Assembly (NCBI GenBank): GCA_963833985.1
Contig: CAWIAD010000002.1
Coordinates: 3,904,001 to 3,968,000 of the forward strand
Length of the DNA: 64,000 nt
Origin: an uncultured Planctomycetaceae bacterium
GTDB taxonomy: Bacteria; Planctomycetota; Planctomycetia; Isosphaerales; Isosphaeraceae
Reading direction: 5' to 3'
The first letter of the stretch is position 1, and each line of letters opens with the position of its first letter. Made by a program: the position numbers and the translations under genes. The notes under the pieces were generated by a model that saw nothing but the letters and a program-made list of their open reading frames with translations, ran no database searches and had not been told where the DNA came from. Of the stretch, positions 19,155 through 28,917 are shown in pieces.

Positions 19155-19964
19155 TCACTCCTCGATGCGCTGCTCGAAAGGAGGGCGGACGCGGTCGGGC
19201 AGATGGACCATCCCGGCATCGTCGACGACGTGCAGGCCGGAATCCAGGTAAAGGATATCGCCGTTGATCTTCCGGCCCGCCGGTGTGGTCAGGAAGACGA
19301 CCATGGCGCCGATGTCTTCGGGCAAGGTGAGATTGCGGATGCCCGCGGGGAAATCGGGCCTGCCGTAGCGGGCCTGGATCTTCCGCTCGTTGGGCGTATC
19401 GACCCACCCCGGTGCCACCATGTTGCAGGTGACCCCTTCGAGCAGACATTCATTGGCCACCTGGCGGGTCAGGCCCCAGAGGCCCGCCTTGCTGATGACA
19501 TAAGGAAAAAGGCCCGGCATGGGGCGAGTGGCCCGGGTCGAGCCGATGTTGATGATGGTCCCCTTGCGCTGGCGCAGCAGTGGCAGCATGGCCTTGATGC
19601 CCAGCCACGGCCCCTTGAGATTGACGCCCAGGGTCAGGTCCCAGAGCGCCTCGTCGGTCGACTCGATGGTGCCGCGCGAGCTGATTCCCGCGTTGTTCAC
19701 CAGCGCGTTCAGCCCGCCCCAGCGGCCCTCGATCCGTACACCGGCCTCGGCCCAGTCGGCAGCGCCCGTCACGTCCAGCCGGATTCCAAGCGCCTCGATG
19801 CCGGAACTCTGGAGGGCCGCCGCCGTCTTTTGCACCAGTTCGGCATCGACGTCGCCGAGCACGACGGCATGCCCCGCTTGACCGAGCTGCCGGGCGATAC
19901 CCTGGCCAATCCCCTGGGCGGCGCCGGTGACCAGGGCAACTGGTTTGCTGGCTGTGTCGGACAT
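19155..19964 (-). CDS. Short-chain dehydrogenase/reductase
   Basis: TGAAQGIG, NNAG, YVISK (YxxxK), PGWVDT. Confidence 0.92.
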   Translation of the reverse strand: MSDTASKPVALVTGAAQGIGQGIARQLGQAGHAVVLGDVDAELVQKTAAALQSSGIEALGIRLDVTGAADWAEAGVRIEGRWGGLNALVNNAGISSRGTIESTDEALWDLTLGVNLKGPWLGIKAMLPLLRQRKGTIINIGSTRATRPMPGLFPYVISKAGLWGLTRQVANECLLEGVTCNMVAPGWVDTPNERKIQARYGRPDFPAGIRNLTLPEDIGAMVVFLTTPAGRKINGDILYLDSGLHVVDDAGMVHLPDRVRPPFEQRIEE

Positions 19965-20144
19965 GATACGTTCCCGCCCTCCGGCGATTTCGGAATCTCA
20001 CGGATTGCCGCCACCGGTTCGTGACTCCGGCTCACATGATGAGCGGCCCGGAGGCCGGCGTCAACTGGCCCCCTCGCCCGGGAGTCTGAGGCTGCCTCCT
20101 TGAAGTTTTTTGCTGCGCGAAAGTGTCTCGTGTCAGACTTTGTC

Positions 20145-20179
20145 GTCATGTCATGTCATGTCGTGTCGTGCCATGGAAT
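20145..20179. repeat. Degenerate pentanucleotide tandem repeat
   Basis: GTCAT GTCAT GTCAT GTCGT GTCGT GCCAT GGAAT in a divergent intergenic region. Confidence 0.7.
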
Positions 20180-20419
20180 GCGTCAGACTCATCTCGAAAA
20201 TGGTGGAATGACGGGAAAGCCCGGCGCCTCGGTCCAGCCTGGCCGGCGCCGCATGCTTTTAATCGCCGCTGTCAAGCTCATTTCGGCGAATTCTGCCGCT
20301 GCTCGCCTGGTGTCTCCACGTTTCCTTGCTGGCTGCGCTTTCCTGTCCTCCACCTTCGATGCTCCTCACCAAGCGTGGCGATTGTCTCGAAACAACAGAC
20401 TGTCTTGGGGGATAGGACA

Positions 20420-21820
20420 ATGACGATGGTCGTTTCCCGCACTGCATCTCCCTTTCGCTGGAGACGCAGCGGAGAACATAAGAAACGAGAGCGCGCGGGC
20501 CGCGCGGACAGGGCTCCGCGAGATCACGGCCCGGCGTGTGAACCGCTCGAAACCCGCCTGGTTCTCTCAGGCTGGGGTGGTGGCGGCGACAACTTGCTGG
20601 CGAGTCTCGCCAGCATCGGAATTGCAACCACCAGCGCATACGGTGGTCCGGCTCGGGGTGGCTACGCTCCCTGGGAAAGTCAGAATGCGCAGGTGGCTCA
20701 GTACAACGCGGATCTCCAGAAACTTCAGACAGAACTACAGAGCCTGGTGGCAAAGTCGGGCATCACGGTGGTCGACGTCCAGAACCTGACGACAGATGGC
20801 CAGAGCATTGCGGCCGCGGGATTCTGGGTCAGCTCACAGAGCTTGCAGAAGGCAGTGACGGAGGTGGCCACCGCTGTGACATCGGGATCAAGCACATCCC
20901 AGGCGCAGAGCGACTTCAATGCGCTCTTCACCGGGTCGAAGGTCGCCCAGACTACCATCGACAAGACCTTCACGGACCTGGTCCGAACGATCCAGGATTC
21001 CAAAGTCACGGCAACGGATCTTTCGGACGTTGCCGCCGACCTGGCGGCCATTCAGAGCGACCTGAACAACGTGTCGGGCGGGGGCCGCGGGCTCAGACCA
21101 CTGGGTGAGCTGCCGATAGGCACCGGCACCCTCTCCAGCACTCTTTCCGCAAGCCTGGCGGCCGCTGGAGTCGCCACGTTACCCGCCCAGGGAAGCGTGG
21201 GGCAGGGGGCCTCGTCAGCCGGTTCAACCACGAACACATCGTTCGCTCAGCTTCTTGCGGACGTTCAGAAGCTCCAGTCCGAGAACCAGACCCTCGCGGC
21301 CCGCTCGATGGTCACCGTCGCGGACCTGTCCCACCTGCAAACCGATAGCCAGACCATTGCCGGTGCGGGGTTGCGACTCGATCCTCAGAGTCTTCAGAAG
21401 GTCATGAGCGAACTCGTGACGGCGGTGGCTGGCGGAACCTCCACAAGCCAGGCGCAGACCGATTTCAATGCCCTCTTCACCGGGTCGAACGTGGCTCAAA
21501 CGTCCATCGACCAGACCTTCACGGATCTGATCCAGACGATCCAGGATTCCAAGGTCACGGCAGCAGACCTGACGACACTGACCGCTGACCAGACCGCGGT
21601 CCAGACGGATCGGAGCAGCCTCCGTAGCGGCGCGGGAATGTCTGTGACCAGCGCGACGGGCACGACCGGTAGCGGTAGCGGTGGCTCCAGCGGCAGTGGC
21701 AGTGGAGGTGGAACTGGTAGTGGAACTGGAACCGGAACATCGACGACCACAACTCCGCTCACGACGCACTTCGCCCGGCTGCGCGGCTTCCGTGGTTTTA
21801 GCCGGATCAGAAGGCGCTGA
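20420..21820 (+). CDS. LEPR-XLL-motif exported protein with two ~118-aa repeats and a Gly/Ser/Thr tail
   Basis: CEPLETRLVLS; duplicated ADxQKLQ...SQAQxDFNALFTGSxVAQT...IQDSKVTAxDL; GS/GT linker; basic C-terminus. Confidence 0.75.
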   Translation: MTMVVSRTASPFRWRRSGEHKKRERAGRADRAPRDHGPACEPLETRLVLSGWGGGGDNLLASLASIGIATTSAYGGPARGGYAPWESQNAQVAQYNADLQKLQTELQSLVAKSGITVVDVQNLTTDGQSIAAAGFWVSSQSLQKAVTEVATAVTSGSSTSQAQSDFNALFTGSKVAQTTIDKTFTDLVRTIQDSKVTATDLSDVAADLAAIQSDLNNVSGGGRGLRPLGELPIGTGTLSSTLSASLAAAGVATLPAQGSVGQGASSAGSTTNTSFAQLLADVQKLQSENQTLAARSMVTVADLSHLQTDSQTIAGAGLRLDPQSLQKVMSELVTAVAGGTSTSQAQTDFNALFTGSNVAQTSIDQTFTDLIQTIQDSKVTAADLTTLTADQTAVQTDRSSLRSGAGMSVTSATGTTGSGSGGSSGSGSGGGTGSGTGTGTSTTTTPLTTHFARLRGFRGFSRIRRR

Positions 21821-22149
21821 TCCTGACTCACTGGCCCTGGGCGTAACGCGCGAGGGCGGAACGCCCAGGGCCGGCACTTGCAATCTGTACCGCTGCCCGG
21901 CGCTGGTTTGCCCCACTTCTCCTCCGCCTCCTCTCATGCCGCCACTATCCTTCCATCCAGCGTCCCATCGCAAAGAGATTGACTTTCGCCCGTGACGCGG
22001 CCATTGTTATTTTATTATTCAACAATTTGCCGGATTGCCGGTCATCGCCGTCTTGTTGAGCATCGCCCGACCATCTGAGCCTTGATGTCCGGATGATCTT
22101 GTTTCACTTTCCAGTCGGAAAACCGCGTGTGCAGCCTCAGGAGCAACCG

Positions 22150-24627
22150 ATGGATCATGATGCGCTTGATCGTGGCAAGACGATCGGTTGGCTCGTCGCG
22201 TTACTCTGTTGCACGATCGCACATCCTGGCAGGGACGCGTTCGGCCAGGAAGCAGCCGCCCGGGAGCTGATCGGCACACCGGTCGCGGTCGAGATCGGTC
22301 CGGAAGATCCACCCTTGATCGGCCGCCACGCCACGCGTCAGCTCATTGTCACTGCGCGCTACGGCGACGGCTCGCTCCGCGATCTGACGCGCCTGCTGAC
22401 CTGGGTCAGTCTTGATCCTGCCGTCGCGGTGGTTTCGGACCACGGGCAGGTTTCCGCCAGAAGCAACGGCAAGGCAACCATCGTGGCTCGGGGCGGATCG
22501 GTCGAGGCGAGCCTGGCAATGAAGGTTCAGGGGATGGACCGGACAGCGCCAGTCAGCTTCCGGAACGATGTGATTCCCTCATTCAGCCAGGCCGGCTGCA
22601 ACACCGGCGCCTGCCATGGCACTCCCACCGGCAAGGGCGGTTTCCGGCTCAGTCTGCGGGGATATCTGCCGGATCAGGACTTCCTCACACTCAGCCGCGA
22701 AACGGCCGGCCGGCGCATCAATCTCCTGGCCGCCGAGCAGAGCCTGTTGCTAGCCAAGCCGCTCGGCGAGGTGGCACACGAGGGGGGCTTGCGGCTCTCA
22801 CGCAGCTCGAAAAGTTACGAGCTATTGCGCGACTGGATCAGGGAAGGCGCCCATGATGACCCGTCGGCGCCCGCGGCAGCCCGGCTTGAGATTCTCCCCG
22901 GCCCGCGCGTTCTGAACGCTCCGGCGCGGTCGCAGCAACTCGTCGTCCTGCTGCATCTTGCCGACGGAACGACGCGAGACGTCACGCCCATCTGCTACTA
23001 CGACAGCTCGAGCCTGGAGATCGCGGAGGTGGATGCCGGCGGCCATGTCCGCTTCAAAACGCGTGGCGAGATCGCGGTCATCGCTCATTTTCTCAGCCTG
23101 GTGGCCAATCTCAGGCTCACTCACCTCGTCGAAGTTCCCGGCTTTGAGCCAGCGCCGGTACCGGGCGACGACCTGGTCGATGGCCCGGTGTTCCGCAAGC
23201 TGAACCGGATGCGCATCCGCCCCTCGGAGCCGGCCGGGGACCGCGAGTTCCTCCGCCGGGTCTACCTGGATACCATCGGCGTCTTGCCTCAGCCGAGCGA
23301 GGTGGACGAGTTCGTTTCTTCCGCCCATAGCGACCGGCGCGCGCATGTCATCGAAGGGTTGCTCGATCGGCCAGAATTCTACGATTTCTGGGCTCTGAAG
23401 TTCGCGGACGTGCTCAGGGCCAACGGCCGGCTCATCGAGCCGAAGGGCGCTTACGTCTTCCATCGCTGGATCCGCTCGGCCCTCGAGCGCGAGATGCCCC
23501 TGGACGAGTTTGTCCGTACCCTGCTGACGACCAGCGGCTCAACCTACGCAAATCCCGCCGCGAACTACTACCGGATCAGCAAGGAGCCCGAGGCTGCCGT
23601 GGAGACGACGGCCCAGCTTTTCCTGGGAGTACGCATCCAGTGCGCCAAGTGCCACAACCACCCCTTCGAGCGCTGGACTCAGGACGACTATTACGGATTC
23701 GCCGCCTTCTTCTCGCAGGTCGGCCACAAGAAAGGGAACCAGGCAGGCGAGGAGGTCATCTACGCTCGTCGTGGGGGTGACGTCCGGCAGCCGCGTACCG
23801 GGCGCGTGATGAAGCCGAAGGCGCTGGGAGGGCCGGTGCTCGATGGGATGGCCGATCGCCGCATTCGTCTGGCATCGTGGCTGACCAGCCGCGACAATCC
23901 GTACTTTGCCCGAAGCCTCGTCAATCGCGTCTGGTATCACCTGATGGGTCGCGGCATCGTCGAGCCGGTCGACGACTTCCGTGATTCGAACCCAGCCTCC
24001 AATGACGAGTTGCTCGACCACCTGACCACTGCCTTCGTCAAGGATGGTTACCGGCTCAAAAGCCTGATCCGGATCATCCTGCGAAGCCGTACCTATCAGC
24101 TTTCGTCCCGGACGAACGCGTTGAACGCCGACGACAACATTTACTTCTCGCATGCGATCACGAAGCTCTTGCCGGCCGAAGTTCTGCTGGACGCGATCTC
24201 GACGTTCACCGGCTCGCCCACACCGCTTGAAGGACTGCCCGCCGGTTCCCGGGCGGCCCAGATGCCCGACGGCAAGGTCGAGAACACATTCCTGAAGACA
24301 TTCGGACGCCCCGCTCGTGAACTGGCCTGCGAGTGCGAGCGCGAAAGCGATTCAAACCTTTCGCAAGCACTCCAGCTCATCGGCGGCGCCACGGTCAACG
24401 GCAAGCTGCATGACGACAGGGGCCGCATGGCGCAGCTCGCGAAGAGCGGCAAGTCTGCCGAGGCCATCACAAAGGATCTCTACCAAGTCGCCCTCGGTCG
24501 CGAGCCCACCCCGCAAGAGCTCGACGCCGCAACCCGCCACCTCAAGGCCGGCTCCGATCTTCGCGCTGCCGTCGAGGACCTGGGCTGGGTGCTGATCAAT
24601 TCCAAGGAGTTCCTGTTCCGGCATTGA
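22150..24627 (+). CDS. DUF1549/DUF1553 planctomycete protein with Ig-like domains
   Basis: SFRNDVIP..GCNTGACHG, FLRRVYLDTIG, IQCAKCHNHPFERWTQDDYY, NRVWYHLMGRGIVEPVDD, WVLINSKEFLFRH. Confidence 0.9.
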   Translation: MDHDALDRGKTIGWLVALLCCTIAHPGRDAFGQEAAARELIGTPVAVEIGPEDPPLIGRHATRQLIVTARYGDGSLRDLTRLLTWVSLDPAVAVVSDHGQVSARSNGKATIVARGGSVEASLAMKVQGMDRTAPVSFRNDVIPSFSQAGCNTGACHGTPTGKGGFRLSLRGYLPDQDFLTLSRETAGRRINLLAAEQSLLLAKPLGEVAHEGGLRLSRSSKSYELLRDWIREGAHDDPSAPAAARLEILPGPRVLNAPARSQQLVVLLHLADGTTRDVTPICYYDSSSLEIAEVDAGGHVRFKTRGEIAVIAHFLSLVANLRLTHLVEVPGFEPAPVPGDDLVDGPVFRKLNRMRIRPSEPAGDREFLRRVYLDTIGVLPQPSEVDEFVSSAHSDRRAHVIEGLLDRPEFYDFWALKFADVLRANGRLIEPKGAYVFHRWIRSALEREMPLDEFVRTLLTTSGSTYANPAANYYRISKEPEAAVETTAQLFLGVRIQCAKCHNHPFERWTQDDYYGFAAFFSQVGHKKGNQAGEEVIYARRGGDVRQPRTGRVMKPKALGGPVLDGMADRRIRLASWLTSRDNPYFARSLVNRVWYHLMGRGIVEPVDDFRDSNPASNDELLDHLTTAFVKDGYRLKSLIRIILRSRTYQLSSRTNALNADDNIYFSHAITKLLPAEVLLDAISTFTGSPTPLEGLPAGSRAAQMPDGKVENTFLKTFGRPARELACECERESDSNLSQALQLIGGATVNGKLHDDRGRMAQLAKSGKSAEAITKDLYQVALGREPTPQELDAATRHLKAGSDLRAAVEDLGWVLINSKEFLFRH

Positions 24628-24780
24628 GCGACGGCTCAGGAGTCGGTGTGTGCCGGCAGGTGAAGGCCAGTTCGTCAACGAGCTGGCAAGCTGACGGAAG
24701 CCATTGCGGGCGACCCGCCTGCCGGTCCAGAACGGATCTCCGTTCCAGGTCACTTCCGCTCTTACCGGCGAAGCGCCTTC

Positions 24781-25257
24781 TTATCGGCGGAGCGCCTTGT
24801 AGGCCTCGACGGCCATGCGGTCGCAGGCCTCGTTCTCGGGATGGCCGCGATGGCCCAGAACATGGGTCACCTGCACGTCGTGCTCTGCGATCAGGGCGTC
24901 CAGCCGCTTCCAGAGATCAACATTCATGACGGGTTTGAGCGAGCCCCGCTCCTTGCGCTGCCACCCCTGGCGTTTCCAGTTGGGCATCCACTCGCGGATG
25001 CCCTTCGCCACATACTGGCTGTCTGTCACGATCTCGACCCGGCAGCGACGCTTGAGCGTTGCGAGGCCCTCGATCACCCCGGCCAGCTCCATGCGATTGT
25101 TCGTGGTGTTCGGCTCGGCGCCCGAGGCGTCGCGCACCTGACCGGTGGCTGGATGCTGGAGGATGTAAGCCCAGCCACCGGGCCCGGGATTGCCACTGCA
25201 CGCGCCATCGGTGAACAGCTTGACGAAATCAGCCGGTGCGCTGGCATCCGGTTCCAT
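24781..25257 (-). CDS. rnhA: Ribonuclease HI
   Basis: LFTDGACSGNPGPGGW, TTNNRMEL, TDSQYV, GHRGHPENEACD. Confidence 0.95.
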   Translation of the reverse strand: MEPDASAPADFVKLFTDGACSGNPGPGGWAYILQHPATGQVRDASGAEPNTTNNRMELAGVIEGLATLKRRCRVEIVTDSQYVAKGIREWMPNWKRQGWQRKERGSLKPVMNVDLWKRLDALIAEHDVQVTHVLGHRGHPENEACDRMAVEAYKALRR

Positions 25258-25355
25258 GGCGCAGTCCTTCGCAGCGAAGCAACGATCGGCACAGCGAACG
25301 CTCGGGGTCGGCTGCCCATGATCGGCGCACTGCTTGGAACCGTCAAGCGTGATCG

Positions 25356-25961
25356 TCAGTATTTCCGCACCACGCCGACGAGGACTCCCAGCACATTCAC
25401 GTGATCACGAAAGATTGGCTTCATGGAGCGGTTGGCCGGCTCGAGGCGGAAGCGGTTCTTGTCGCGATACAGTTTCTTGAGCGTGGCCTCGCCCTCATCG
25501 TCGCGCACGGCGACGATCTGCCCGTCGCGTGCCTGCTCCTGCTTCTTGATGATCACGAAGTCGCCGTCAGCAATGTGCTCTTCGATCATCGAGTCTCCGG
25601 AAACCCGCAGGGCGAACTTGTCGCCATTGTCGGTCCACTCCGAGAAGGTCAGCTCATCGGACTGCTCGACGGCCTCGATGGGCTGCCCCGCGGCGATACG
25701 GCCCACCATCTTCACGCCGGTGTGGCGGCCGGTCGGCGAATCCTCGAGCAACTGGATGGCCCGCGACATGTTGGGCTCGCGATGGATCAGGCCTTTCTTC
25801 TGGAGTGCCTTGAGATGGCACATCACGCCATTGGGGCTTTTGATCTGGAAGTTGAGACCGATCTCGCGCACGGTCGGGCCGTAGCCTCGGCCCTGGATCT
25901 TGCTGCGGATGAAGTTGTAAATCTCACGCTGGCGGGGAGTCAAGGCATCCGTCTCGGCCAT
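25356..25961 (-). CDS. lexA: SOS repressor LexA
   Basis: LTPRQREIY..GYGPTVREI wHTH; IAAG cleavage site; GDSM catalytic Ser; ATLKK. Confidence 0.95.
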   Translation of the reverse strand: MAETDALTPRQREIYNFIRSKIQGRGYGPTVREIGLNFQIKSPNGVMCHLKALQKKGLIHREPNMSRAIQLLEDSPTGRHTGVKMVGRIAAGQPIEAVEQSDELTFSEWTDNGDKFALRVSGDSMIEEHIADGDFVIIKKQEQARDGQIVAVRDDEGEATLKKLYRDKNRFRLEPANRSMKPIFRDHVNVLGVLVGVVRKY

Positions 25962-26068
25962 GGGTCGCTCTCCTTCAAGTCGATAGAAACGTCAGGTAGC
26001 GCCCGCGGCTGCTCGCCCGGGACGCTCAGCACACGGACGAACACTACCTGACTCTTTGATTGCTAATG

Positions 26069-26083
26069 TACACAGGTTGTCTA
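26069..26083. promoter_or_regulatory. Candidate LexA operator TACAC-N5-GTCTA
   Basis: Imperfect palindrome ~110 bp upstream of lexA; function is inferred only. Confidence 0.3.
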
Positions 26084-26241
26084 GCGCACGCGAGAACATT
26101 TTGCGTCCCGGTGAAAATTATTTTCTCGGGGTACCTGGTCCGGTCTGGCCATCCGGAAGGGTCTTGAGTCCATTCCCGTGAGGGGTACACGATGGAGACA
26201 AATCCTGCTGCGGCCCCCTTCCGACCTGGAGAGTTTCAGCC

Positions 26242-27039
26242 ATGTCCAAGCCGATTCGTGTGCTGGCGATCCACGCCCATCCCGATGACGTGGAGTTTCA
26301 GTGTGCGGGCACGCTGGCGTTGCTGCGCGATGCGGGCTGCGCGGTGACCATCGCCACGATGACGGCGGGAGACTGCGGCAGTGCCGAGCACGACGCGGCG
26401 ACGATCGCCGAGATCCGCCGGGGCGAAGCCCGCGCGGCCGCGGCCCTGCTGGAAGCCGATGCGCTCTGCCTGGAGTTCGGCGACCTGGCGATCTTCAATG
26501 ATGACGATGCGCGGCGGAGGGTGGTGGAAGCCTTGCGGCGAACGCGGCCGGACATGGTGCTGACCGCTCCCCCGGCCGATTATCATTGCGACCATGAGGC
26601 CACCAGCAGGCTCGTACGCGACGCATGCTTCGGCGCGTCGTGCCCCAACTACAGCACTCGCCAGTGGGACCCCGCGGCTCCGCTCGAGAAGATACCGCAC
26701 CTCTATTACGTCGATGCCATCGAAGGGGCGAACCCAGACGGCGGGCGCGTGGCCGTCGAGTTCTACGTGGATATCACGTCCGTCTTCGAGACCAAGCGGG
26801 ATATGCTGGCATGCCATGCCAGCCAGCGCACCTGGCTCTTGCGGCAGCACGGCATGGACGAATACCTTGAAAGCATGGCGCGCTGGTGCGCGCAGCGTGG
26901 CAGTGAGATCGGTGTCCCGAAAGCCGAGGCGTTCCGGCAGTACCGGGGCCATCCGTACCCGCAGGACAATTTACTGCTTCAATTGATCGGGCAGAACGGG
27001 CGCGGTCACCGGGTGGCGGCTTCCCAGCAGGCTCCATGA
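26242..27039 (+). CDS. PIG-L/LmbE family deacetylase
   Basis: AHPDDVE, RRGEA, YHCDH, CHASQ, AEAF. Confidence 0.9.
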   Translation: MSKPIRVLAIHAHPDDVEFQCAGTLALLRDAGCAVTIATMTAGDCGSAEHDAATIAEIRRGEARAAAALLEADALCLEFGDLAIFNDDDARRRVVEALRRTRPDMVLTAPPADYHCDHEATSRLVRDACFGASCPNYSTRQWDPAAPLEKIPHLYYVDAIEGANPDGGRVAVEFYVDITSVFETKRDMLACHASQRTWLLRQHGMDEYLESMARWCAQRGSEIGVPKAEAFRQYRGHPYPQDNLLLQLIGQNGRGHRVAASQQAP

Positions 27040-27045
27040 GGGTTA

Positions 27046-27894
27046 TCAGTTCATGGAATAGCCAATGATCTGGGCGATCATGCTCCTCAGGTCTCGGCGA
27101 TGCACGATCCGGTCAATGAATCCGTGCTCGAGTAGAAATTCGCTCGTCTGGAACCCCTGGGGCAATTGCACGCGCACGGTCTGCTCGATGACCCGGGGTC
27201 CGGCAAAGCCGATGAGGGCCTTCGGCTCGGCGAGGATGATGTCCCCCAGTGAGGCGAAGCTGGCCGCGACGCCTCCCATCGTGGGATGAGTGAGCACGCT
27301 GATGAACAGGCCGCCGGCGCCTCGGTAGCGTCCCAGGGCGGTCGAGACCTTGGCCATCTGCATCAGCGAGAAGATGCCCTCGTGCATCCTGGCCCCACCG
27401 CCAGAGCCCGAAACAATGACCAGGGGCAATTTCTGCCGCGTCGCCGCCTCGATGGCTCGCGTCAGCTTTTCACCGACGACCGAGCCCATGGAGCCCATGA
27501 TGAAGCTGCTGTCGGTGATTCCGAAAATGAGTCGGATTCCCTTGATGAACCCCTGACCCACCAGCGCAGCGTCGTTCAGGCCGGTACGCTCCTGCTCGAG
27601 CTTGAGTCGCTCGGGGTAGGGGCGGCGGTCGTCGAACTGCAACGGATCCGCCGGTTGCAGCTCGGAAAACCAATCCTCGAACGTCTCCGGGTCAAGAAGC
27701 TGGCTGATCCGCTCCACCGCCGTGACCGGGAAATGGTGGTTACACTCCGGGCAAACCTTGTCGTTCTGTTCGACCTGCTTGCGAAAGAGGGTCGCGCTAC
27801 AGCCACCGCAGCGCATCCAGACACCTTCGGGAACCCGCTTCGATTCCGAATGCCCGTGCCAAGAATTGAGCGCTTCTGATCCTCTTCCGGCCAT
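27046..27894 (-). CDS. accD: Acetyl-CoA carboxylase carboxyltransferase beta subunit
   Basis: Zn ribbon CGGC...[44 protein letters not shown]. Confidence 0.95.
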   Translation of the reverse strand: MAGRGSEALNSWHGHSESKRVPEGVWMRCGGCSATLFRKQVEQNDKVCPECNHHFPVTAVERISQLLDPETFEDWFSELQPADPLQFDDRRPYPERLKLEQERTGLNDAALVGQGFIKGIRLIFGITDSSFIMGSMGSVVGEKLTRAIEAATRQKLPLVIVSGSGGGARMHEGIFSLMQMAKVSTALGRYRGAGGLFISVLTHPTMGGVAASFASLGDIILAEPKALIGFAGPRVIEQTVRVQLPQGFQTSEFLLEHGFIDRIVHRRDLRSMIAQIIGYSMN

Positions 27895-28021
27895 GGGCTG
27901 ACTCCTTATGCCGGGACGGGAAGCCGCGATCACAGCGGCTCACGATCCCTGGGCTCGCTCGGCGCACTGGCCAGCGCGGCTCCGGGTAAAGCCGACACAC
28001 TGTCTTTCTGCGGGGGGATTG

Positions 28022-28618
28022 TCAAGAGAAGCCGTTGGCCAGCCAGTCCGGCGGAACGTCGATGCGCTCGAATCCGCACCCGGGGGAACGTTCATCGAGC
28101 TGGGGTCGCGCCCCGGGTTTGAGGATACAGGCAATCAGGCGGGCCAAGGGATCGCCGACAACAAGCCCGAAACTCTCTCCGTCCTGGTGGCGGCGGACCA
28201 GCGGCTTGAAAGCGGCCTTGACCCGTTCCAGAGCATCGGCGACGGTCTCGCCCTGCGGTGGGCAGATCGTTCGCGGGTCCTCCATCCACTGGCGGAAGAG
28301 CTTGGTATTGCGCCGCTTGATCTCCTCGATTTGCAAGCCCTGCCAGAGCCCCTGATCCAGATTGCGCAGCTCGTCGATGCGCTTAGGCCGCAGCCCGAGT
28401 GCCTTGCCAATGATTTCCGCGGTACCGACCACATTCTCGCCCGGCCCGCAATAAAGCGCGGCAAGAGGCAATGTGCCCTGATCGGCGGCAAGGCATTCGG
28501 CCAGGCGGGCCGCCTCCTCACGCCCGCGCTCGCTGAGTGGAATATCGAGAATGCCCTGAACGCGATTCTGCTCGTCGTAGAGTGTCGCGCCCGGCCGGAT
28601 CAGCGTCACCTGTACCAT
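28022..28618 (-). CDS. Histidine-phosphatase-fold protein lacking the catalytic His (RPG for RHG)
   Basis: LIRPGAT...QGILDIPLSERG...LRNLDQGLWQGL...PPQGET. Confidence 0.75.
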   Translation of the reverse strand: MVQVTLIRPGATLYDEQNRVQGILDIPLSERGREEAARLAECLAADQGTLPLAALYCGPGENVVGTAEIIGKALGLRPKRIDELRNLDQGLWQGLQIEEIKRRNTKLFRQWMEDPRTICPPQGETVADALERVKAAFKPLVRRHQDGESFGLVVGDPLARLIACILKPGARPQLDERSPGCGFERIDVPPDWLANGFS

Positions 28619-28917
28619 CGCAACGGTCATCAAGGACCCAAGGCTCCGCAGTCCCGAGAAGTACGACACCCTGGCGTTTCCAATGGCACGGTCGGGCTCC
28701 GCCGCCAGGATCCTATCTTCCCAAACAACCCAGGCTTCGACAACGGCCAATCGGGCGGTCACGGCCCGATCGCTTTCCCCGAGCGTGCCAACCCGATCCG
28801 CCAGTCAGGTCCGGGCCATTGGGGCTCGCACCGCCAGCGGTTAGAATCAGAATCCGCGCCAGGGCTGCCGGCATGGATGCCTGCGCAGAAGTTCCGCATC
28901 AAAGGAGTCTCCGTTTC

